DNA of 64,000 bases. Source: a virus. Shown piece after piece: positions 57,701 to 64,000 of this stretch. The stretch is taken from the IMG/VR virus record IMGVR_UViG_3300015371_000013, positions 16,502-80,501 of that record, one strand, 5' to 3'. Both the position numbers and the translations under genes were made by a program. Position 1 is the stretch's first letter, and the number at the start of each line of letters is the position of its first letter. The notes under the pieces are model-generated. The model made no database searches. It was not told where the DNA came from and worked only from the letters and a program-made list of their open reading frames with translations.

Positions 57701-58415
57701 TGCCCGAATATGCCGTACCAGCATCACCAGGAGAAAGGCTGGTTATCGTGGCATGAGTACCGTCCAAACCCGCCAATTGCGCAAGCACCTTGCCATCGCC
57801 GTACCAGTCGGTTACCCTGTTTGTCCACTCCCCAATGATAAAATCGTCATAGTCGGCGGTGAAAGCAGGCTGACCTGCCGAGACATGCGTACCCAACCCA
57901 ATGTAACGTGCAAAACCGCTAACACTACCGGGGGAAACCGCTTGCGTCTGAGTTACACCATCGACCTTCCAGTCAAGTACCGAACCCGACCACTCGAACT
58001 GCCACTCGATTAGATGCCAATTCGTCGTATCAATCGTGGGGCCGGTTACGGTCGTACCACCCAAAAGTGTCGCAGAGAGCACCCCCGTGCTAGAAATCGT
58101 AATCCGGAAATGCTCGGCAGCGGTAACTCCCTGTTGGTGTAGAATAATGGCTGTTCCACTAGATGGATGGGATGAAACCTTGACTGCCACCCTTGCTACG
58201 AGCTGCTGAAGTCCTCCCGCAGACAAATCCTTTACTATACGAGTCACGGTGGCTGCGGGAGCTACAACCCGAGCACAGTAATTCCCATTTCGAGGCGTCG
58301 TCGTGCTAGCCGAACAGCCTGCGGTAACCGTGTCGAACAACCCCAGCCCCGCCGTAGCAGCGGAACCCACAAAACCGTGCTCGAACCCCGTCAAGAACAG
58401 GGTGTTGATAGCCAT
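51798..58415 (-). CDS. giant virion adhesin-like protein with four LamG/ConA-like domains and Ser/Thr-rich repeats
   Basis: P.SHWKLG ... DEVA.Y...LSP.RI..HY x4; about 20-aa SGT.TASG.STES repeats. Confidence 0.85.
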   Translation of the reverse strand: MAINTLFLTGFEHGFVGSAATAGLGLFDTVTAGCSASTTTPRNGNYCARVVAPAATVTRIVKDLSAGGLQQLVARVAVKVSSHPSSGTAIILHQQGVTAAEHFRITISSTGVLSATLLGGTTVTGPTIDTTNWHLIEWQFEWSGSVLDWKVDGVTQTQAVSPGSVSGFARYIGLGTHVSAGQPAFTADYDDFIIGEWTNRVTDWYGDGKVLAQLAGLDGTHATITSLSPGDAGTAYSGTPTNVNTMVDDPPGTLGWTATRSTTDNIALRTATVGAYAELKPVITNEVGLANAVRAIMSYSSSATQANLAACDVRNSAGAVDELWGLTGGVGKAYNVTANNFKGAIVDVPPNGWNRTEVNAVRFRFGGCTSADISPVPTVQAMMLEVDWPIEVIAPPTYTTSIDTFDRADGLLDVGGPWVLLPFAGGAAQDLRVISNTLGGQTIAIREAYTTIAIDNSGGNCDVLIDCVTVPISSSAILAVLITNPGTANYSAYRVLFNTTLGTVTLSRWATGSQAEVLGAVNNTLTAGDTMWFRKRGSRLDVIRIRSGVYSFIGSAIDTDHNPTSGVVGVQINETTSRWDNLRGGPLVGINYTDSGSGTIGASGTSTESYDHSASASGTIVSSGSATESYSTPAIYTDSASGTITAGGTGVEKLIYGDNATYYDNVIDADQPISHWKLGTTATAVDRKGLADLSVRAGSMVSSDGLIFNNASNGANTFVKTTGQYFGKAADAVSGIPYSTPQWSVEVWALRTVASGGYVVNRSASQAIYLNVDGTVAIEATDGVGASKSATSAATWPIGTLLHIVGLYNGSDLILYVNGIERARTAMVGSTGAAGRVPDIPFSGAVFNFDGIIDEVAWYQNALSPARILAHYNAGVASGYDATIDQDNPVSHWKLGEANQATDRKGVRNLPAVNGPVAVESGLVVNNGSDVVASRLDKPSRQRFAAAGIAGIGAPYSTAAWSLETWVKVTEAITGFPHILNRLGSGQWMSTSSDLSVQVGLKISSGGNLGSTSNPKLVIGRACHVVGTFDGTRIRVYINGFSLGSADITPDTPSLGPNNVLSIGASEDLSQTTFPGILDEVAYYNTALTPERILAHYRTGLRFEIGSSGSGTESYIYDDSRLGTISVSGISTEAYSVDDSASGTIMASGTSVEKLVYGDDATYYDNVIDADQPISHWKLGNSGDAIDRKGVRNLTANNGPTITSGIIRNNASDLATNLAGSSQQGLGNGAVANQGKPYETPAWTVEVWIKPASLTGAWVIARGSAWNIFLFTNSIRLRMWTSGGANRDVESFTPLIVGTTYHLVGTYDGATMIFYINGTEVGRISNATSWPEPTRAPEIGFFTGTGTSYFDGVVDEAAVYGTALSPARILAHYNAGVASGYDATIDQDNPVSHWKLGEANQATDRKGVRNLPAVNGPVAADKSLIANSSDSSSFIAASQKFGIDSATNLGLPYNTGSFSVEAWFRASKLVVNRRWLLGRSTALDIRIENDQKIWIRTGSNVYNTSYTVTLGKVVHLVLRFDGTTLTLYANNVLVITIVADPGSVVSRPDDVPVIGADSLVGSSDRTFDGLVDEVAWYNSLLSPARILEHYRVGLIPTIGVNGTRTESTIFDDINSGIITVSGTGVEDYQPVTGGPTYDDSASGTVISSGTGTESSSASDATSGTITASGASTESSSASDVLSGTITASGTSTESYSTSDAFSGTTTASGSSTESYLHSVSASGTITASGISTEFYNFTDVSSGTITANGASTESSTHNVSASGTVTASGSGTESYTYSDIRTGTSVVTGTGTDTFDHSGTGVTTVTISGSGTESYIYTDTAIGTIVFTGTGSDTVVYDDTGTVSAVVSGTGVESVSYSASATGTAIASGTSSETFTHSESSTGTAVFSGTGIDSRVYTDVASGIALISGSSTETHEILIGYIDYGSGQINASGTSTESHLHVNAEIGSGLVNGTSNESQSRTSTATGSVLVSGTGVESQAYTDTEIGSFSVEGSSSEAQSHASISTGAVSVEGISVEAYSHTSTTPGALPIKGTSLESYSHTSTATGYLVVSGTSVESYQIIYTDFAEGSVTSTGTGIESVSYSDVSTGATTWFGSRVESHAYTDSSTGDTLLTGVSLEKSVYDDSSLGIVVLTGSSREGHSSTQPIPFSTVIALNPIKVSVGTTASIRSVVTITPPPLAQVALQRGIIAKVEKRSAPKVTIIKL

Positions 58416-58460
58416 CAGCTCCACCCTTTCCCATTGGTTACGAGCACAAAAATGACGTGT

Positions 58461-58868
58461 TTACGCCAAGGTCAATGTCGGTGTGAAATTCTCCGTGGTA
58501 TTGGCGGCATTCATGGCGCGGCCCGCCCCTCCTGGTTGTAGGTGCCAGGCGCAAATAAGTTTGGAACCCGCCGCGTTGCGCATGATGACGCTGTAGACGT
58601 TGGCAGGCCAATCGGTGGCAGAGCCCGTGGCCCATGACTTGACCGCGAAGGCCGCCGAGCCATTGGACGGTGTCGGCTCGGCTTCGGTCTTGGACGCGTA
58701 GCCAGTGCCGGTGGCAACTCCGTAGCCACCCGCATGGGTGGTAGCCGCGGTCAGCGGCGTGCCGCCCGCGCCAATCTGCCTCGTCGAGAGTTCAAAAGTG
58801 CAGGTGGCAGGAAGTCCGTTGGCCAGAAGTTCGTTGGCCCCTTCGGTGAACATGAGAAAATCAGGCAT
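58461..58868 (-). CDS. virion structural protein (partner of the giant LamG protein)
   Basis: 135 aa; TGTGYA motif; AGGAG RBS. Confidence 0.7.
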   Translation of the reverse strand: MPDFLMFTEGANELLANGLPATCTFELSTRQIGAGGTPLTAATTHAGGYGVATGTGYASKTEAEPTPSNGSAAFAVKSWATGSATDWPANVYSVIMRNAAGSKLICAWHLQPGGAGRAMNAANTTENFTPTLTLA

Positions 58869-58869
58869 G

Positions 58870-59247
58870 TTATGGTCTCCTGGTTACATCGAGGTCACAG
58901 ATCACAGTGCCTTGCACCAGCGTGCGCGGCTCTTCTCCTTCGGCAAGCCACTGAACATCCCACGCGCCTTTAAATTGCTTTCCGTCCGCAAACAATTCAG
59001 AAGTTTGCTGACCCGTGAGAAAAAGATCTAGGATGCCATTCTCCGCCTGATCTGAATTGATGGTAAACTCAACTAAAGGTTCTGTGTCAGCCCGGTGCGC
59101 CTTGACGTGGGCCAAAAGCTCACCACCAAGATCAAGACTATTACCATTCTCCGCATTGGTCGCTGTCAGACGCAAGGCCACGCCATCCCCCGCGTACAAG
59201 ATGAGATTTACTTGCTGAGGAATATTGCTGACTTCTGAGGCTTTCAT
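58870..59247 (-). CDS. BppU-N-like small structural protein
   Basis: L.LYAGD ... WDVQ ... TLVQGTV...DVTR. Confidence 0.65.
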   Translation of the reverse strand: MKASEVSNIPQQVNLILYAGDGVALRLTATNAENGNSLDLGGELLAHVKAHRADTEPLVEFTINSDQAENGILDLFLTGQQTSELFADGKQFKGAWDVQWLAEGEEPRTLVQGTVICDLDVTRRP

Positions 59248-59630
59248 TCCTCACCATCCACAACCAGAATCGTCGGTGGATCGGGATCGACCCACGCGAT
59301 CGCTTCGCGGTTGGTGTTAAGACGCCATTCTGCTTCTTGGAGCTGTTCCTTGACGGCTTCTAAAAGAAATCCCACCGTGGGCGGATCAAACAGCAAGCGT
59401 ACTCGCAAATAGATCGCGGTCTTGACCTTGCTGAGCACGATCTGATCTTGTAGATATGACTCCCATTCCGTAAACTCATCGATGACGAAGCCTGCTTCAG
59501 GCCCCACTCCCATGTCGGTGAGGTTGGAGAACGCTGAATTGATGTGGATGATGATGTCAAGATCAAACGACGTGTCGTCAGGGTCGATACCCAGGATCTT
59601 CTTGGTGCTGTTCAGGATGCTCTGTGCCAT
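59244..59630 (-). CDS. head-to-tail adaptor
   Basis: SILNSTKKILGI....FD.DII.HINSAF..L...GVGP; VRLLFDPP; E.EWRL. Confidence 0.85.
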   Translation of the reverse strand: MAQSILNSTKKILGIDPDDTSFDLDIIIHINSAFSNLTDMGVGPEAGFVIDEFTEWESYLQDQIVLSKVKTAIYLRVRLLFDPPTVGFLLEAVKEQLQEAEWRLNTNREAIAWVDPDPPTILVVDGEE

Positions 59631-59740
59631 TCTCCACCTCCTTTATGCGCTGTAAAGCAAACCTATCCCAATCCTTCAGCTTGCCGAATATGGTTGTGGC
59701 GCTAACCGGAGCTCCGATTGTTGGGACCACATGAGGATAA

Positions 59741-60082
59741 TCAGACGACGCTCGAAACCCGTCGATTGTGCTCGTCGAGCTGAGCCTGAAGCTCTCCCTC
59801 GCGGACCTTGCCCCCACCGGCACGCTCATTGTGCTCGCTCACCTGTGATTCTCTCAGGTGAATATGCTCCTCAGGCGCGGGCGGATTGACGTCGGCCTCC
59901 TGAGGAGGCGAGGGAGACTCATCCTTCTGAGGCTCCTCCGAGTCCTGCCCCTCGTTCGGCTGCGGCTGCTCCTGCGGCTGCTCCTGAGGCTGCTCCTGCG
60001 GTTGCTCTTCGGAAGCCTGCTCGTCCTTCTGAGGCTCCTCAGCCTTCGGCTCTTCGTTCTTTTTCTTCTTACCCTGGGCCAT
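59741..60082 (-). CDS. low-complexity Gln/Glu/Pro protein
   Basis: EQPQ repeats; AGGAGG RBS. Confidence 0.7.
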   Translation of the reverse strand: MAQGKKKKNEEPKAEEPQKDEQASEEQPQEQPQEQPQEQPQPNEGQDSEEPQKDESPSPPQEADVNPPAPEEHIHLRESQVSEHNERAGGGKVREGELQAQLDEHNRRVSSVV

Positions 60083-60119
60083 TCAAATCGCCTCCTGATA
60101 GATTGGTCTCAGATACGGG

Positions 60120-60464
60120 TCAGTCGTCCTCGTCGTCGAACTCCTTGTCAATCCCCGACAAGTCGTTCGGTTCCTCTCGAACTTCCTTGTTGTCCATCGT
60201 GTCGTTGTTGTCAGCGTAGTCGTCGAAGTCCTCGTCCGCCACCTGTTCCGGATAAAAATCATCCGGGTCACCCTCTTCAGGCAGATCAGGATTGTCGACC
60301 GGCTTGGCCGGAGTCTCCTCCGCCGTGTCTCCGCCCTCAGTAGAGGCGACGGTCTCCTCCACGTCGTCTCGACCCTGCTCTTCTGGTGTCTCCATCAACC
60401 CTCCAAATAGATCGACATGGTCTATGCCTTGATTTAGCACAGCTAAGTCGCTAGCTTCAGCCAT
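60120..60464 (-). CDS. highly acidic protein
   Basis: Asp/Glu-rich; true start may be METPEE (~60395). Confidence 0.65.
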   Translation of the reverse strand: MAEASDLAVLNQGIDHVDLFGGLMETPEEQGRDDVEETVASTEGGDTAEETPAKPVDNPDLPEEGDPDDFYPEQVADEDFDDYADNNDTMDNKEVREEPNDLSGIDKEFDDEDD

Positions 60465-60469
60465 GCCTA

Positions 60470-61378
60470 TCAGATCAAGGCGATGGGAAAACGATTCAGA
60501 CCTTCACCGTATCCGCTTCGCACGTTGCCGTAGCAGGCTCGACGGATGCTGATGTGAGTGCCTCGTCGGAACGGTCCCCCACGCACACTGACCTGATAAC
60601 GAATCCGAGCAGTGTACACGCCTCGAGGAAGCCCGGACAGACTGATACGAACCACGTACATCACGCGCCCTCCGCGCGTACGCGTGCGCGTGACCGGAGT
60701 CGGACTACCTTCGAAAAATGCCTTTAGACGTCGCACACGATGAGTACGAACCACGATCACTCGCCATTGAGCGGTTCGTCCCGATGTGCACGCTGGCGGA
60801 GCGTCCGTACCTCTTGGTCCAGCAGGTCCAGCTGGTCCTGGCACGCCTTGAGGGCCTGGCGCACCTGCCGGACCCTGAGCGCCAGGAGGGCCAACCGTTC
60901 CCGGTAGCCCATTGCAGACAAAGAAGACCGCGTCCGTCGGCCGCCCATTCTCATCGTCAGGTCCTTCTCTGGGCAGAACGATCTTCACACCGCCATTGGG
61001 ACAGTTGGGTCCTGCGAGTTCCACCGTAATAACCGGCTTTACCCCCGGCGGACCCGGAGGTCCAGGAGGTCCTTGCGATCCGGGTAGGCCGTTTACTCCA
61101 TTGCATACGAAGAAAATAAGGTCAACCGGATCATTGTCCCTATCGTTGGGATCTTCCAATCCGCGAATGACGATGATCTTGACCCCGCCGTTGGGACAGT
61201 TGGCTCCGGGGGGCTCTGCCACTACGACCACTCGGTCGCAGAGATCGGTCGGGTTACCGTTGGCGCAGGGCGTCTGTTGTGCCGGGGCCACAGCTGGCAA
61301 GGCCAACCCAAAGCTAATGACAATCCCTGCGGCGATCGCCAGTGCGACGATCTTCTCTCTCAACATCATCCCCGCCAA
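60470..61378 (-). CDS. exported collagen-like protein
   Basis: Signal peptide; G.NCPNGGVKI...FFVCNG x2 with G-X-Y tracts; Arg-rich C-terminal beta domain. Confidence 0.75.
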   Translation of the reverse strand: MAGMMLREKIVALAIAAGIVISFGLALPAVAPAQQTPCANGNPTDLCDRVVVVAEPPGANCPNGGVKIIVIRGLEDPNDRDNDPVDLIFFVCNGVNGLPGSQGPPGPPGPPGVKPVITVELAGPNCPNGGVKIVLPREGPDDENGRPTDAVFFVCNGLPGTVGPPGAQGPAGAPGPQGVPGPAGPAGPRGTDAPPACTSGRTAQWRVIVVRTHRVRRLKAFFEGSPTPVTRTRTRGGRVMYVVRISLSGLPRGVYTARIRYQVSVRGGPFRRGTHISIRRACYGNVRSGYGEGLNRFPIALI

Positions 61379-61782
61379 TTCGCCTCATAGTCGCGAATAT
61401 CGATGTGGACGAAAGTGCTGTAGAGCCCCAGCCCGCCGCGTCGTCCTCGCTTGCGACGCCGAATCGAGTTGGCCATGGCGTGCCAGTCTGCCGAGCTTCC
61501 TCGCGCAAAGCTCACGTCGGCCGCCTGATCGTTGCCATCGTGATCAGGATAGATATGGAAGCTGTGGTCCTCGCCCCCCACATGCTCGTTCCATGACCTG
61601 GTCCTAAACCCGGAATGCACCGAGCACGCTCCGAAGCGACGTCGCATGGGCTCGAGATACTGACGACACAAATAACGAAGCCCCTTGTACTCTCGGGAAC
61701 TGACCTTGGTACCGTCCTTGCAGTCGAACTCCTCGACCACAAAATGCTTGCTAAGCCGATGACGTGTCTTTGCCATCTTCAC
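61366..61782 (-). CDS. endolysin-like Zn peptidase, M15 family
   Basis: LSKHF..EEF.CKDG, SGFR...N..VGG...S.H, AAD, FVHID motifs. Confidence 0.85.
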   Translation of the reverse strand: MKMAKTRHRLSKHFVVEEFDCKDGTKVSSREYKGLRYLCRQYLEPMRRRFGACSVHSGFRTRSWNEHVGGEDHSFHIYPDHDGNDQAADVSFARGSSADWHAMANSIRRRKRGRRGGLGLYSTFVHIDIRDYEANWRG

Positions 61783-62017
61783 TCCCCTTTCGATGAATAG
61801 CCGCGCAGGGTTCGCACATGGAGACGTTGATTATGGTAGTTTTGGTATTAGGTCCAATACCAGGAAGCTTTTGCAATGAAACATTACGTTGCGCGGCCCC
61901 CGTACAGATACCTGGTTGGTTAGGATGAAGGATCGAACACAGACAGTGACAACCGATAGTACCCTTGGCTTTAAGCTCAGCCTCAATATCTACTTGGCGC
62001 CGACGTGTCTTCGCCAC
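61751..62017 (-). CDS. Cys-rich hypothetical protein
   Basis: CHCLC..H....C and MCEPC motifs. Confidence 0.6.
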   Translation of the reverse strand: MAKTRRRQVDIEAELKAKGTIGCHCLCSILHPNQPGICTGAAQRNVSLQKLPGIGPNTKTTIINVSMCEPCAAIHRKGSEDGKDTSSA

Positions 62018-62020
62018 CGT

Positions 62021-62206
62021 TTACTCTCCTTGACGCGGAACGTCTTTACCAATACGATCGATACGACTCAACCACTTTTGACCCGAAGGGGTCGTCCCAA
62101 TTCGAGTCTCAAGCTCTTGACGTCGTTGATTACGTTCTTCACTTTCTCGAAATTGCTTTCGAGTTTCTCGCCTTCGAGCTTCCTCATCTTCATCTTTGTC
62201 TACCAC
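62021..62206 (-). CDS. hypothetical protein
   Basis: 61 aa, highly charged. Confidence 0.55.
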   Translation of the reverse strand: MVDKDEDEEARRRETRKQFRESEERNQRRQELETRIGTTPSGQKWLSRIDRIGKDVPRQGE

Positions 62207-62613
62207 AGCTTGGTGTCCCCTGGTTGACGCTCAACCGGTGCGCGAGGAATAAGACTGGAGTCTCCATAGTGAAGAGCGTTGTGAGTTCGATGAGAAGTAG
62301 TGATCAAATACTCTGGATCAAGAATCCATCCCTCACCACTCACCAGATCTTCTTCGATAAGGGGATTCATGTGATGAACCAGAACAGGACCCCATTGGAT
62401 CATCCTTCCCGAAATACCCAGATCACAACCGTTGTCACGCACGATGACCAAACTTCGAACGTGCTTCCATTGCGAAGATTGATAGAACTGCTGATTCATC
62501 CATCGATCAAACCCGAAGGTGTCTCTTCCCACCTGACCATGCAGATTCAAATAGTCAAAGCGCTCTTCAAAGCTCTCAAGGCTACGAAGCTCGGAATAAG
62601 ATCTGAACCTCAT
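62200..62613 (-). CDS. HNH endonuclease (packaging-associated type)
   Basis: FYQS.QW..VR..VIVRD.GCDL, VHHMNP, THNALH; start MRFRSY. Confidence 0.85.
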   Translation of the reverse strand: MRFRSYSELRSLESFEERFDYLNLHGQVGRDTFGFDRWMNQQFYQSSQWKHVRSLVIVRDNGCDLGISGRMIQWGPVLVHHMNPLIEEDLVSGEGWILDPEYLITTSHRTHNALHYGDSSLIPRAPVERQPGDTKLW

Positions 62614-62780
62614 GGCACGAGCTTTACGATCTCGCCGATGGCTTCCCCCACATGAGCAATGGCGCTGATGATGGTCATAGCGGCCACCACCTTGGCTAAG
62701 GTCCATTGCCAACGCTCGATGCAGACTTTTTGAGTAGCTTTATCAATCGCTTTCTCAGTTACTCTAGAATCATCCCCCAT
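62610..62780 (-). CDS. small membrane protein
   Basis: MGDDSRV... with a TM segment; ATGA overlap. Confidence 0.5.
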   Translation of the reverse strand: MGDDSRVTEKAIDKATQKVCIERWQWTLAKVVAAMTIISAIAHVGEAIGEIVKLVP

Positions 62781-62791
62781 GATTATATCCG

Positions 62792-63235
62792 TTAATCGTG
62801 GGAAAACGGCATGTACTTGCGCCGCCATTTGATCACAACCGTATTCGCTTCCTCTGGAGTATCGAAATAGCCGAGCCAATATTGTTTACCATTAACATAA
62901 CCTCGAGCATCCCAACGCCCAGACCTCTTATCAAAACTAACCCCTCGGTAACCGCTTGTATTTCGAATTGACTGACTAAGGTTCTGAGCATTCTGAGCAT
63001 GTGTACACAGTCTAAGATTCGAGCGTCGGTTATCCAAAGTGTTACGATTTCGATGATCGACTTCTATTCCTGATGGAGGATGCATGATAGCGACATGAAG
63101 ATACTCCATTCGGCCACCACCGATGTTACGAATAACATAGCCATGTGTGCTAACTAACCAATTGTAATCATACACGACAGGTAAATCATCATCATCAATC
63201 AGAACTCGATTTCCCGTAATCATTATCTCTGCCAT
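62792..63235 (-). CDS. HNH-AP2 homing endonuclease
   Basis: VDHRNRNTLDNRRSNLR, NTSGYRGV, LGYFDTPEEA; AT-rich insert. Confidence 0.9.
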   Translation of the reverse strand: MAEIMITGNRVLIDDDDLPVVYDYNWLVSTHGYVIRNIGGGRMEYLHVAIMHPPSGIEVDHRNRNTLDNRRSNLRLCTHAQNAQNLSQSIRNTSGYRGVSFDKRSGRWDARGYVNGKQYWLGYFDTPEEANTVVIKWRRKYMPFSHD

Positions 63236-63242
63236 GTTTATC

Positions 63243-63584
63243 TCATCCATCTTCTATTTCGAGTTCACCTTCCGACGGCAGTCCCGAATACGAGCGCATA
63301 GCCTCCAGCGCCGAGACGTAGAGTTCCTCCACTCGCTTCTGGCCTTCGAGCTGCTCCTTCTTGACCTGCATGAGTTCGATCTCGTGCTCCATACGCATCT
63401 GCTCCATGCGCTCTCGCCGAGATCCCGCCTTGAGAAAATGGGTGATGACCTGCGACGAGGCAGTTCCACTGCGGATCTGTTCTTCGGCCAGATCATAAGC
63501 GTAAGCTGCCAGCTCATCTTCTCTTGCTTCAGAAGTGCGAGCTGGTGACGGTCGATGACCGTTCTCAGATCGTTGTCTGGCCAT
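63243..63584 (-). CDS. probable terminase small subunit
   Basis: A.DLAEEQIR.GTASSQVITHFLK ... A.EAMRSYSG; position near the genome end. Confidence 0.65.
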   Translation of the reverse strand: MARQRSENGHRPSPARTSEAREDELAAYAYDLAEEQIRSGTASSQVITHFLKAGSRRERMEQMRMEHEIELMQVKKEQLEGQKRVEELYVSALEAMRSYSGLPSEGELEIEDG

Positions 63585-63618
63585 GTCTCACACTCCTTTC
63601 TTTGCGAACTTGGCCCAG

Positions 63619-63885
63619 CTATTCAGATGGTGATGTGATCTCTCGAGCGATGGCTGCGTTGGCCCAGAACATGGCATTCTCGAGCGAAGTGATTGCGAGC
63701 GACTGTTCTCGAATAGGAGAGCCCGTCAACTCGATGAGCACCTTAGCCGCGCTGAGACACGTCGATCGGACCTGTTGATGGCGACGAATCTTGTCATCGG
63801 TGTTGGGTGGATGATAGTCGAAGCGACGAGTCAGCTCGTCATCGGTGATGTGAATCTTTTGCCGCCCTTTCTCTTGGTTTGTCAT
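63619..63885 (-). CDS. Acb2/Tad1-like helical-hairpin protein
   Basis: F.YH.P ... REQSLAITSLENAMFWANAAIAR. Confidence 0.7.
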   Translation of the reverse strand: MTNQEKGRQKIHITDDELTRRFDYHPPNTDDKIRRHQQVRSTCLSAAKVLIELTGSPIREQSLAITSLENAMFWANAAIAREITSPSE

Positions 63886-64000
63886 CGCTTCAGTAGAGTT
63901 TCAAAGCCCTTTCTCGATTGTCAAAGCGAGTTTAAGGCCCTTTTTAAGGGGTGCCTTTAGGATTGTTTCCACCAAAAGTCCCCGCGGGGCTTTTTCGAAG

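Overview
Most of a lytic-looking siphovirus genome (about 54% GC by eye), with essentially all real genes on the minus strand; the + strand ORFs are shadows. Gene content and order resemble actinobacteriophages of the Streptomyces BI / Rhodococcus CC / Gordonia DJ / Arthrobacter AM-AU-AW group (recognised from memory, not searched). Reading in the direction of transcription (right to left): Acb2/Tad1-like protein, probable TerS, two HNH nucleases, M15 peptidase endolysin, head-tail adaptor, a giant LamG protein, a 2H-phosphoesterase/HxGVKGMKWG polyprotein, TerL, accessory virion genes, portal, protease-capsid fusion, tail genes, tape measure, Dit, holin, a 15 kb accessory region, conserved hypotheticals, and a helicase-primase-exonuclease-polymerase fusion running off the left edge. 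The accessory region (7-21.6 kb) contains 20 copies of a fixed-spacing motif, TCGCR-N14-TATARTGA, each heading a cassette that ends in a hairpin plus U-tract. Six cassettes have no ORF: five hold 60-120 nt multi-branched RNA structures, several with the same small motif twice, and one holds only a minimal hairpin. At least six further intergenic blocks also fold, most with G-U pairs that work only on the minus strand. The best candidate novel system is this repertoire of individually expressed structured small RNAs. A second candidate is a set of virion polyproteins punctuated by [LIV]xH sites, one carrying a possible anti-defence enzyme. All structures were folded by eye and no database searches were run.
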